A stretch of 64,000 nucleotides of DNA from Octopus vulgaris (lineage: Eukaryota). The translations under genes and the position numbers were made by a program. The notes beneath the pieces are model-generated. The model was not told where the DNA came from. It made no database searches and saw only the letters and a program-made list of their open reading frames with translations. The stretch spans positions 165,354,001 to 165,418,000 of the forward strand of contig OX597815.1 of the NCBI GenBank assembly GCA_951406725.2, written 5' to 3'. This document shows positions 24,575 through 37,214 of the stretch, piece by piece; position 1 is the first letter of the stretch, and each line of letters starts with the position of its first letter.

Positions 24575-24710
24575 TCTTAATGATATTCTTCTCTTAACGA
24601 TATTCCTCTCTTAATGATATTCCTCTCTTAATGATATTCTTCTCTTAATGATATTCTTCTCTTAATGATATTCTTCTCTTAATGATATTCCTTTCTTAAT
24701 GATATTCTTA
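24575..24710. repeat. 17-bp minisatellite (CTTAATGATATTCYTCT) x ~8
   Basis: Directly visible. Confidence 0.9.
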
Positions 24711-24719
24711 GCATGAATC

Positions 24720-25690
24720 TTTCCATGGCCCTTTAGGTTGTAGCCGATCGATATTCTATCCTCTTTGTGGTAGTCCATGTCTCACTTGCAGAGAAGAGCG
24801 CAAGTAGGACGGTACTATTGAAGAGTCTGGCGCGTATAGCATTGTCTAGCTTTGTTTGGAGCACATCCTTTATTGAGTTAAATGCCTTCCAACTTGTCTA
24901 TATTTTCTTTGAGATTTCGGTATCCATATCTCGGCGCATATTCACTATATGCCGTAATTAGACGTACTCCTGTACCACCACGACTTCATCGCTTCCCACC
25001 TCTATTCGGCATTATGCTATTCTTTCGACCTCATAAATTTTGTTTACATCTGGTTCATTTTAAGATCCATTGCTAAGCTCTGAGTGTTCAGCTCTGTCAG
25101 CATATTCTGTAGCTGGTCTGTGGCTTCGGCGATGAGTACAATGTCATTTGCGAATCTCAGGCGTACTAGTTGCTCGCTTTTGATGTTCACCTTACCTGTT
25201 CAGTCGATGTCCATGTTGATCATTTCTAGGTAAAAGGTTTTGGAGAGAGGTAAAGGGCTTTCGAGAGATGGTATTTCCTTGTTTGACACCCTTCTCAGTC
25301 GGGGCCCTTACTAGTGGCGATAACAGAGCTATGTCAGTTGTGCGTCCAAAGTTCGCATCTCTAAGCAGGTTGATATACTGTACCTCAACAGCTTACGTTT
25401 CTAGAGATTTCGACCCTACGTTCATCTCGACGCTATCGAAGACCTCGTAATCAACGAAAGCGATTCACAGAGGAAACCTGTTTTTGTTCACTCGCTCTAT
25501 GAGCAGTGTTGGAGGGAATACATGATCTATTGTGTAAAAAAAAAACCTGCTTACCTTCTCGGCTGCTGGTTGTCAAGATGTTTTGATAGTCTGCCGATTA
25601 TGACCTTTGTAAACAACTGATAGAGGTGGGACAAAAAGCATATAGGGCAATAGTTTTCTAAAATCTACTTTATGCCTCTTATGAAGCAGA
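24720..25690 (-). pseudogene. degenerate RTE-clade RT
   Basis: ENYCPICFLSHLYQLFTK, IAFVDYEVFDSVE, KGVKQGNTIS and LRFANDIVL on the minus strand. Confidence 0.75.
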
Positions 25691-25702
25691 ATGGTATTTG
25701 AC

Positions 25703-25791
<89 letters not shown>

Positions 25792-25792
25792 G

Positions 25793-25824
<32 letters not shown>

Positions 25825-25929
25825 TGTATGTATGTATGCGAGACATATCTGAGGACATATTTAGCAATTTACTAAAACGAATCTAATTTAGCAAAAACCC
25901 AATATATTTTGATAAGAGCTTGTGCACAG

Positions 25930-26436
25930 GCTCTCGAGAAACTTTCAGCTTTGACGACTGGTTCAATACGGAGCTGGAATCATTGACATGAAAGCAATAA
26001 ATGATCCTTATTCATGTCGGACTTTACCTGGACAATGGCGGCTTTCAGTGAAGCTATGATATTGTGAGAATGTCGATTCGAGACGCTTTCAACGACGCTC
26101 CAAACTGGTAGCCCATGGGATTTAAATCTGGTGAATTTGGAAGCCACAAAATTGGTATTACACGATCGTAGAGATTGCCTGACAGCCATTCTTGGCTCAA
26201 CCATTTATGGCCGTCCACCACTTACTCCGTCAATCTAGAGCTTAGCTGTCTACAGTACTTTAACGTATTTAGCAACATCAATTCAAATTCTTTGTGGAAA
26301 TATGTGAGTAGGTTATGACATGACCTTCTCTCCTCACCATTCTTCAAACCATCACAGTTGCTGAAAATTTAGTGTGCATCACTCTGGGGACATCAGAAAA
26401 ATCTGTACATAACCATCTGTCACTTCAGTTGTAAGG

Positions 26437-26440
<4 letters not shown>
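25930..26440 (-). pseudogene. degenerate Tc1/mariner (maT-like) transposase fragment
   Basis: ...SPDLNPM (frameshift) VWSVVESVSNRHSHNIIASLKAAIV...MNKDHL...C, similar to the C-terminus at 50530-50931. Confidence 0.6.
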
Positions 26441-26503
<63 letters not shown>

Positions 26504-26973
26504 TATGATTGTGCGTGCCCATATATATACACACAAATACGTATATAACACATGTGGGAAGTATGTATATTGTATATGTGTCTACGCATCGAAGTTATTG
26601 ATATAATCTGGAGTCAATTATGAAACAGCTGCAATACGGAAATATTAAATCTTCCTTTACCTCTCACAATCTTTTTTGCTTATTATATACTTCACAATAG
26701 AAATATTGCTGTTAATATACCCCGTAATTTCAGATGAATAATCATGCTAAATTACATAGTAATTTAGTATGGCGAGATGGTAAATTACATGACAAATGAT
26801 AAATTACATCGTTATTCGTGACCTGATAGCCTGTTTTACAGGTGGAGTGCTTATCGTGAGTTCCGCTTGATTTTTCGAATCCAATTTTCTTCTCGATATA
26901 TATATGTATATGTATATATATAAATATTAAAATTACTAAGTCTCTCTAAAGGAGATTACGGCAGCGTTACTGG

Positions 26974-27030
26974 ATATTAATAGTTATCGCCATACTAATA
27001 TAGACTGCCATATTAGTATGGCGATAACTA

Positions 27031-27037
<7 letters not shown>
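26974..27037. repeat. perfect 28-bp hairpin (8-nt loop) ending a short insert in (TA)n
   Basis: 26974-27001 is the exact reverse complement of 27010-27037. Confidence 0.9.
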
Positions 27038-27084
<47 letters not shown>

Positions 27085-27197
27085 TATACATATATATATA
27101 TATGTATATAAATATACGCGTATATATGTATATATATATATATATGTATATAAATATACACGTATATATATCTGTGTATGTATGTATATGTGCGTGA

Positions 27198-27236
<39 letters not shown>

Positions 27237-27914
27237 TGTCCATCCATCTATCTGTCTCTGTATCGATGTATGTATGTATGTATGTATGTATGTATGTATG
27301 TATGTATCTATCTATCTATCTATTATACATCATTTTAACTGTGAAAATCGAAGTAGATGAGGCTATAAATATTAGTGTGTAAATTTAGAAGGCTGCCTGT
27401 GAGAAACAAATCTATATTTCCTGCCAACATGAAAGACGTTCTACCTTGGTACCAAAGAAACCCTTTTTATTTGTTCATCCATTTCCAAAGAATTGTTCGA
27501 ATTAACAAGAATTACACGTTTCTGGCATGAGAATTTAGAAACTTCGACAAGCATGATAAAATTCGTTTTATATCAGCAGGCTTGAAGCAAATAACGCTAT
27601 AGATAATAGGAAGAATTTAGGGCAGCCATCAAGTTTTTTCAATCAAATGTTTTTTTTTTAAAATCAAAACTTACACCCTATTATCTATAGTTTTATCTGC
27701 TTCGTGTTCCCAAGATTGTAAATTCTTACGGTATAGATAAAACGACCACACACACACACACACACACACGCACTAGCCCCTTCCTACAAAATTTCAGGCA
27801 TTATCCCTACGATCGAAATAATTATAATTTCATTTTAAAGCATTTCGTTATTCAGAATTTGTGGTTCTTATCCATGAACAAATCCATTAACAAGGTTGGC
27901 TGACAGAATGAAAA

Positions 27915-28100
27915 CCACATCAGGGATTGGAGCCCTGCCAAAAATGTTCGAAATGCATTTGATGCTCAACTAAAACGGATCCTCAAGGAACGCTATCTGC
28001 AACTTGACACAATAAAGTGTTCCCGAAGGATTGATTGTTGTTGAGCATCTGAATGCATTTGGAACAGTTATCGCAGAGCTCCAAACATCCATAATGGTGA
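27915..28100. mobile_element. degenerate fold-back / MITE-like element
   Basis: TGTTCGAAATGCATTTGATGCTCAAC pairs with inverted GTTGAGCATCTGAATGCATTTGGAACA; the outer arms are weaker. Confidence 0.4.
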
Positions 28101-28419
28101 ATTAGGCATAGGGACTTTAATATAAACTTGTGTTAATAAGTAGTCTTCCTACATTTGCTCTGTAGCTCAGTGGTTGTTCAGACATCTTTAAGTTCTGCGT
28201 TCAAATTACGCCGAGATCGAATTTGCATTTTATTTTTTTGAGGTTAATAAAACAAGTACCAGTTGAGCACTGGGGTTCAGGTAACCGACAAGTCCCTTCC
28301 TGCAAAGTTTCAGGCCTTATACTTACGATCGAAAATATTAAATATATATCAATTTAAAGCATTCCGCTATTCAGAATTTTAGGCTCTTTTCTACAAATAA
28401 TCCAAAGCTCTTTACCGCA

Positions 28420-28520
28420 TCATCAAGGACATCGACTGGACAGGTGGCGTGAACATGAATGGCGAGCAACTAACCCATCTCCGATTCGGAGAAGATGGAG
28501 CGATGATCTCATCAGGGACA
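28420..28520 (+). pseudogene. internally deleted RTE fragment
   Basis: IKDIDWTGGVNMNGEQLTHLRF is fused to RRWSDDL; similar to the reverse complement of 25150-25220. Confidence 0.55.
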
Positions 28521-28771
28521 TTTTTCTTCAGGTAAGTAGGATTAAACACCAAGGCCTAGAGGCTTGATGTAATTAACTTTCTGGGAAAGAGTGGGCGGTC
28601 AAGTACAATCAGCCATAGAGTAAATTGCGCAGTATTTTTTAGGTTAATATATTCCTGTTTACATTACATATGACAAACTTATATCAGCAGATTCATATTG
28701 GTGTATTCAGCACATATATGTTATTGTAACACAAAATAAACACGCCCTGTAATAATGCATACGTTTATTAT

Positions 28772-28827
<56 letters not shown>

Positions 28828-29512
28828 GTAAAGAAATTAAATATAAAATATAAATTACAAAGAGGGACAAGAACGCAAAAACACACAAGGAGACGACACA
28901 AAAAAACAGACGGGTCACTCGAAGCCTCTAATCTTCAGTCGGGAACCAGATCATCTTAGTAATTTCGGCTGTTTAATCTCGATATTACTCCGACCCGGCC
29001 AGCCCCAAGGAAAATCCAAGCCACAGGCATTGGATTTCTTGGAAAGAGGGTCGAATGTATACGGAACAAAGACAGGATGTCATACGAATATAAATACAAG
29101 AAACAAAAATATATATAAAAAACAGAAATAAAAAACACGAAGGTAGACAGTCTTACGACTTTAGACAATTTTTAACTTATCTTGGCTGGCGTATATGAAA
29201 AAAGCCTTCAACGGCAAAAACGAAAGCAACGTGAGCGTGGCCGCGGTCAGGCCGAAATGACCAGTTTGAACGCGGTCACGTGAGAGCACGGAAGAAAGAG
29301 AAAGAAAAAAGAAAGGCAGGGAGCAAGGAATCAAAGAGAGAGGGAAAGAAAGGGACGAAGGCACCAGGGGGAGAGAGAGAGAGTGAGAGAGAGAGAAGGG
29401 AGTAATAAGAGAGTATATATATATATATATATACTTTGATACTTTGATACTTTGATAGGTTTCGGCCATTATTGGCCCAGGCCATGTCTAACTTAATAGC
29501 ACCACCTGGTCA

Positions 29513-29553
<41 letters not shown>

Positions 29554-29581
29554 GTATGTATGTATGTGCGTGTGTGTGTAG

Positions 29582-29865
29582 AATTGCAGTGTGAAAGGTG
29601 TTTATATGCCATTTAAAATAACACACAAAACCGTTAGACTAATTTCAACATTTAAATTCAGTTTGTCAAAATATTTCCGGTGCTTTGAAACCGCGACCTG
29701 TTCACTGACAAAATTCAGTGATGCATCACTGAATTTTGTCAGTGAATAGGTCCCGGTTTCAAAGCGATGAAAATATTTTGACAAATTAAATATAAATGTT
29801 TAAGTGAATCTAACGGTTTTTGTGTGGTTTTTGAATAGCTTATAAACATCTTCCACGCTGCAATT
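29582..29865. repeat. spacerless ~284-bp palindrome with a hammerhead-like motif in each arm
   Basis: Centre at 29723/29724; perfect core 29701-29746; arms diverge outward. Confidence 0.9.
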
Positions 29866-29958
29866 GTTTTTGTTTCAGTATACGGTCTCAGACCAAGTCA
29901 CTTGCTATACTATGCAAGTTGACCTATATATATATATATGTAATATATATATATATAA

Positions 29959-30277
29959 TAAATCTCTGAGCGAGGTATAAACAGTAGCTGCATGACATCT
30001 TAAATATGGCTAACCCTTAAGGGTATGTAGCTAACTCTTAAGGGTAGCTTGTAGCCCCAGGAAGAAACCTCCTCCAGCTGGCTGTGCCCTATAGAAACTC
30101 GGGTCTGTGTGTATCACGTCAGGCTGGAAATAAGAAGGATAGCTTCCCTTTGCAAATACTGATAGGGCACAGAAAGTGTGTCAATAGCCAGCTAGAGGAG
30201 GTGTCTTCCTGGGGCTACAAGCTACAGTAGCATCCACCCTTAAGGGTTAGCCACATTTAAGTGGAAAATATACTTCA

Positions 30278-30279
<2 letters not shown>
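29959..30279 (+). mobile_element. TA-flanked fold-back element (PLE pseudo-LTR-like), same family as 42732-43024
   Basis: Shared start TAAATCTCTGAGCGAG, shared GAAACYCGGGTCTGTGTGTATCA and GTCTTCCTGGGGCTA. Internal inverted pairs 29999-30024/30236-30261 and 30044-30084/30186-30225. Confidence 0.65.
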
Positions 30280-30347
<68 letters not shown>

Positions 30348-30358
30348 ATGTGTGTGTA

Positions 30359-30414
<56 letters not shown>

Positions 30415-30618
30415 TACTTAAAAATAAGTCTTGGAGTCGATTGGTTCGACTAAAAGCTTTCAAGGAGGTGCTCCAGCATAGCCGCAGTCAAATAATTGAA
30501 GGTTGCTGCTTATTGTCTGGGAAAATCCCTTTAAAGGCGTCTTATGTAAAAAGCTCAATATACTACAGAGCTAAACCGATCTACACCAAGATATAGCTTT
30601 CCTTGTCCTTATAGTGAA

Positions 30619-30669
<51 letters not shown>

Positions 30670-30699
30670 GTTTATCAAACCTTTATAAAGAAAGAGTTG

Positions 30700-30745
30700 A
30701 CAGTGACTTTGAAGTTTCGGCTTACTAACCTTCGTCAGCCAGTGA
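30700..30745 (-). ncRNA. hammerhead-like motif, intact core, stem I not evident
   Basis: CTGACGA-A-GGTTAGTAAGCC-GAAAC-TTCAAA-GTC, with a TATA-like TATAAAG about 30 nt upstream. Confidence 0.45.
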
Positions 30746-31271
30746 TTTACTTGCGTTTTTTTGGCTTTATATGGTCTTTGACAGATTAATGTATAAGGAT
30801 GAATCCGTGAGCTTTATGCATTTATCTGGATGTTAAGTATACTTTGTGTTTACATTTTAATCTGGATGTTATGTAAAGATTGTGTTTACATCTTTTGACA
30901 ACTAGCTGAAACCCGCACTCCGTACGGACTTTTACACTGGCTCCTACTGGAGGGTTAATTGGATCTGCGGCTAAATAACACGACTATAATACGTCTGTAA
31001 TGGTTATATGTCCCGGTGGTGTTTGATAGGGGATTATGGACGGATGAGAATTAATTCTGTTATGCAATCGTTCTAATGTTCAAGTCCCAAGCTGAATTCC
31101 AACTGTTGGCCGATTTGTTTCAAAATTCTTATTTCGAAAATTACACAAACACGAGAACGGTGCACCACTGCATAGTGTCGAGGATCCCAATATTGCCTGC
31201 AAGATACAGGATCAGATACTACAACAGCTTTGGTTTCAAGCCCACCACAATTCTTCAATATCCTCCCAAAA

Positions 31272-31306
<35 letters not shown>

Positions 31307-31335
31307 CAACAGGATATCAAGAGGTGATGCAGTAC

Positions 31336-31407
31336 GACCGTTTCAAGCGGCTCCATTTAATTGAACAATGCAATATTACTTCAATTTAAATGTAGAGCTA
31401 TCCTCGG
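31336..31407 (-). ncRNA. degenerate hammerhead-like motif with long stem II
   Basis: CCGAGGA, then a long imperfect hairpin (GCTC..ATTTAAATTGAA / TTCAATTAAAT..GAGC), then GAAACGGTC. Confidence 0.4.
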
Positions 31408-31899
31408 CTTCATAAATAAATAAACAAACAGAATTTTTAATTAGTTGGACACATTAATATAATTTTACTCTAGTAGAGCAAGAAGATGGAAAGAATACAT
31501 GTTGCCACCTATATAGCTAAGAATATACTACACTTCCAAGAAATGTATGAAGTTTGTTGGGGTCATCGCTTGTAATGGATTGTGGTTCATTTTTAATTTA
31601 TTAGTATTTTTATCGACTACTAAATCGAAGGCTAGAGGACTGTGTCTGTTTAGAATGGAGGGCAGGAGTGAGTTGACAGCACATAGCTGGATATGGTCAT
31701 AAATATTAGTAGCAGTACTGTCTATAAAGGAGGCTGGGTAGGGGAAGACCCCAAATCAAGCTGTTAATTACTAGTTAAAGGGGCGAGACGCTAATAAAAC
31801 CTGTGATGTTAATACAGAGGAAATTTTATCATATGTACTATGGGTGATTGTTTAGAAATAATATTGTTATGTTGTATAAAGATAAAATTTAAGGTTATC

Positions 31900-33240
31900 A
31901 AAAATGATATTATAACCAAACTAGATAAAATGTGTCGGATACACAAAAGGAAATTGAATGTTTTAAGCATCAAATTAACAAATCCAGTAAATTCTTACAA
32001 CTAGATATAGAGAGTTACTACACCACTATTAGTCCGATTGTCCTCAATAGAGCCCTGATTTACAGTATGAAAAACTTAGATATGTCACATGCACCCTATT
32101 ACAATATTGCTTTAGCTAGAGATGGTTATCGAGAGAAAATACAATACATACAAGACACAGATATACACAAATCTGCCAATGCCTCCACTAATAATACACA
32201 TTACGCACCAACGCAACGTTATAGTAAGCGAACAGATTTAGATATAAAATCCAGGTCAAAAAGAATTGGCCAAGGCAATAAACTACAAGCCCAAAACTCA
32301 TAGACACACACAAAACAATCATACTACTGCTTTACCCTGTACAACACACCAGACTAATAAACCAAACAACAAGTATAAGGATCATGATGTCTTCTGGTAC
32401 AACCCAATCCCCGGTTCACATGTGTTTCGACGAAGATTGCTAGGTAATTTTTTGCCGCTTTAGACAAATGATTCCCCAAATTATATAGATACCGTGCTAT
32501 TTTTGATAGACACACAGTGAAGTTATCTTATGCTAACGCTATTAATTTAGAGTAGCATATTCACCGCATTAATAACATTAAAACGACCTAACTGTTGAAT
32601 AACCCACCTACTGGAATTATGACTTATGAAAGGCGAACAATTTCCAACAGCAAATCTATTCATCAAAACGTCAAGAAAAGAAATACCAAACAGAACGAAA
32701 ACCACCTGCTGCAGCCATATCATGATAGTAGCAATAATAGTGGTATAGCCAACACGGTAACAGCATCGGAAAAGGAAGTCAACACTGTACAAATAACTAA
32801 ATTTAGTAAATGCTCATGTAGAGAAAAAATAAAATGCCCATTGATAAACCTCTGTATAAGCATCAATCTAGTATATAAATTCACCGTACACACAATATGA
32901 GGGCCGACCGTACTTTACATTGGGGAGAAACGGCTGATTCAGTCAAGAATCGTTATCGCAACCAAGTCACCAGCTTCAAGAAAATCTCCAAGAGGCATTC
33001 GACATCTTTGGCTGATTTGGTGTGGCAAGTTAAGGAGAATAAAATTAAATATAAACTAACTTGGTCCATAATAAGACACGCACAAGCGTATAATATCCTT
33101 TCCAGGAGATTCAGACTCTGCTCCGAGGAATCCCTCTCTATTTTGTAGACTAGTGAGAAGATCATTAATAGGATTTCTGAAACTGTCTGCTTGCATGCTT
33201 ATAAATGCACTTTTGCACAATGCTGTGGAAATGAATTTGA
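31900..33240 (+). pseudogene. degenerate Neptune-type PLE ORF (RT fragment, linker, GIY-YIG)
   Basis: FLQLDIESYYTTIS (RT), VFWYNP, CSCREKIKCPL..C.SINLVYK and WGETADSVKNRYRNQVTSFK...STSLADLVWQVK...WSII...AY...RLCSEE. Confidence 0.8.
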
Positions 33241-34267
33241 GTATTAACTAAATTAATAACCATTATTTACCTTAATGTATGGATGAATCAACCGCAACCT
33301 TCTCATTCTTATAAACACAAAGTATCTATTTAATTCGCTGTGTGAGCGTGTATGTCAAAAAGTTCGGGGCAGTAGTCTATGCCATAAGTGGCACAAGGCC
33401 GCTTGTGTCATTATGCACCATCTCAACAATTACGAGCAACCGTACAACAGTAAATAGCTAACAGTTGAGGGGAGACTACCGTTAGGGGAGGTGATTGCTA
33501 GTACATTTACCTTCAAATTATAATCCTAAATCTAACATCTTAAATAGCCAGCATAGTTCCAAGTGGTGGTTATAGTAGACGAACAAGTAAATGTTTAAAC
33601 GTTCCTGAGTAAATTCTGCCTATTAGACATATGAGAAGGCAAAAAACATAAAACCCCAAAATAGTTAAACGATTACAAGTTAATTCACTTGCTAATTACT
33701 AGCATTGTTACAAATTCAGGGTCCTACTTGATATATATTACTATTAATATTATAGTGATCATATTACTAAACTTGCCGTTATAATAACCTTTGCTTTGGT
33801 GCAACCAAATAGGGTCTACCCCAAAATTTTACTTCATTTCATACACAATATGCTCATACGAAAGCATCTACTGCAGTGCCTAGTACAAATAAATACAATC
33901 TAGAGAGGTGTGTAGTTAATATTAAGTTGTTAAAATTAAGCTATGTTTTATGAGGGTGGGGTGTTTCTAAATGGGCAGGTCTAATGGGGTCCACCACAAT
34001 AAATAGGAGGTAAGCCAGTATACTGGCTGAAAATTTGGTCCTGATTGAAGCTAATAAAAACAAGCTATTCCATGGTGCAAAAGGTGCAGTTAATTAAAAT
34101 GAGTTGCAAGTACAGTTTTAGCGGAGATGGCAGGTACAGGCTCACAAAGGGGGAGATTAATTAATGGGAGTTAAATACTAATGCCCTCTGTATTCTAAAT
34201 TAGGTTCATAGTTGAAAGAACTGGCTTTATTAATGGGGGTGAGGGGGTTATATTAAGAAGAAATTGC

Positions 34268-34343
<76 letters not shown>

Positions 34344-34508
34344 AAGGAAGTTGGAGGTTGTGGGTCCAATCCACTAAGGGATAATATTTATCCAATATAC
34401 TGTTGGTATAATACCCAATTATTAATGCACAAGTGTTTTTAATTACATTGCAATTAACCTACTTATTGTATTAAATGGGTGAAAGTAAAGAAAAAAAAAT
34501 TACCATTA

Positions 34509-34834
34509 ATTTATATTGCAAATAAGAAAATGGAGAAGCACATTAGTTGGTTCATCAACTTTAGGACATTAAATGTTGACTTATTTATTTATCAAAATGA
34601 CAACCATAATAGCATACATACATATAGTATATTATTCTATGCATATAAGATAAGAATACAAGCAAATTTATATTCATGTTTTTTAATAACTGCTTGTATT
34701 CTTATCTTATATGCATAGAATAATATACTATATGTATGTATGTTATTATGGTTGTCGTTTTGATAAATAAGTCAATGTTTAATGTCTTAAAGTTGATGAA
34801 CCAACTAATGTGCTGCTCCATTTTCTTATTTGCA

Positions 34835-34842
<8 letters not shown>
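34509..34842. repeat. ~155-bp-arm inverted repeat (26-nt spacer) ending an insert in (TA)n
   Basis: 34509-34664 versus 34691-34842; near-perfect at the inner end. Confidence 0.9.
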
Positions 34843-34887
<45 letters not shown>

Positions 34888-35597
34888 GTTATTATGGAAA
34901 TATTACTCTTGGATCCTCCATAAGGGACCCAAGTATGTAATACTATTAAACTAACTTTAATTTAGGGGTTAATATATGTCCTTATTCAATATCGAGAACT
35001 ACTATTTCTGTGCTGAAGGGCTCTGGGTGCTATTTGTGGGAATAGTGTAAAGGGACTCTAATGCTATTTATATTTAGCGAATGTAAACTTAGCCTTCTGC
35101 AAGCAGGTGGGTTTCTCTCTTCCCTCAAGTTAAGTAATAGTTATTGTGCCGTTAGTATGAAGAATTTTTCATCAATGCAAAGATAGCATTTCTTATCGAA
35201 GGTGCAGAGGCGAGGATTTTCCATTCTAAATCGAATCTAGATAGGATGTGCCATAAAGATGACGAACATTATTATCATAATTTGCTGTTTTGGAAACACC
35301 AACTGACATTGGTAGCAGAAACGGTTGTAAGCAATGTTAGAGTTTTGTATTAAAAAATAATTAACCGATGGTAGTCAATTTGTTTGTTGATCAAAAGTTT
35401 TCTCCATTTTCTGTTTATTTTAAATTTGATTCCTGATAAACTCTTGTTTATTCTGTTATTACCTGTATCCTATGAGCATAGTATGCTTGCATATCCATGC
35501 CCAGGGTTAACATAGGTGATTTATACCGGTAGTAATAACGGATATTCTTATCCCTTAGAAGGTTATTCCAAACGGTAATTCTACTTACATATATATA

Positions 35598-36095
35598 TTA
35601 GTAATTTCATGCTTTTATGCTATTTTAATCAGGTATATTTACAAAATACGCCATGTAACTCCAACTAATCTTCCCGGATCTGTTTATGCGTTATATATAT
35701 ATATATTTTAAAAACAAGACTGATGGACAGTGAGAAAATAAGAAAAAAAAAACGGTGGAAAAAGACGTGAAGAAGGTTGATGCAACAAACGGAACAAGAA
35801 TAAAGAAACGGAAGTAAGAAAACTAATATCCTTTTTCTCCCTGACAATTAATACAGCTGGTATAGAACAAAATAACAGAAAATATATTAAAGCCTGGAGC
35901 TGGTGGTGTCCTGCAATTCGACAAAAGAAAACTATCCATATCTTCCCTCTACATCTGGTAAAAATTTCAGATCTGGAATTAATAAGTGTGTTGGAATTCG
36001 TGTATCCAAGAATATGAGATCTTTCTGCAATGCGTAAGTTGCGATTCTTAGATCCATTAACATATGGCTTAGATACTCCACGATTCTCCACATAA
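35598..36095 (-). mobile_element. PLE 3' end: GIY-YIG C-terminus, tail and degenerate hammerhead
   Basis: KPYVNGSKNRNLRIAERSHIL...LINSRSEIFTRCR (Neptune-type terminus), and CTGATTAAAATAGC-ataaaa-GCAT-GAAA at 35633-35600. Confidence 0.65.
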
Positions 36096-36249
36096 TTTTA
36101 TGTGGTGTGTGTGTTTTAAGGCTTATAAAACATGTATTTATACCTACCTACCTACCTATCTACCTACCAACATATCTATCTATCTATCACTTGGCAGAAA
36201 TGCCATGTATATACATATATATAGCGTTATACAGATATACATACATACA

Positions 36250-36318
<69 letters not shown>

Positions 36319-36574
36319 CTTCAGCAAAAATTTAGATTCAAATGAATATGGTACTTAATTTAGATGCACCAGAATTCTGTATGGTGTTATCCATAAAAAT
36401 CCGCGGGGTGATTATAATCAAAATAAGCAACAAGACAAGAATGACTCCGGATATATGTATATATATATATATATCTTACGCCATATGTAAAGAAACAAGT
36501 TTGTTTTCGAAACGTTGAAATGTATTGTAGAACAAGAAAAGTAGAAAGTTATGTATATATATATATATGTACAT

Positions 36575-36641
<67 letters not shown>

Positions 36642-36906
36642 TATATATATATATATATATATGCGTATGCGTCTGTGTTTGCGCGTGTGCACTGATTGAT
36701 ATGTGTGTATTTTTACACAATAAGACTCAAGGAGAAATAAAAATAAAAGTTTCTTTTATGATTACGTTTCCTTACGTTTTCTCATTACTTCAGTAGAATT
36801 GAGTTAACTCTTTATTAAGAATTTGTGGATGGATGGATGTGGCTTATATTTTTCTGGTAGTGGGGTTGTATTAGGATTTCCAACCACACTCACACTCACA
36901 TTTGTG

Positions 36907-36951
<45 letters not shown>

Positions 36952-36971
36952 TATGCATGTATATATGGATA

Positions 36972-37016
<45 letters not shown>

Positions 37017-37021
37017 ATATG

Positions 37022-37097
<76 letters not shown>

Positions 37098-37141
37098 TAT
37101 ATATATATATGCATATATATATATATGCATATATATATATA

Positions 37142-37214
<73 letters not shown>

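Noticed and set aside
28500-28540. Perfect splice donor CAG|GTAAGT at 28531
   Set aside because: The upstream sequence is an RTE relic; there is no supporting acceptor or host coding signal.
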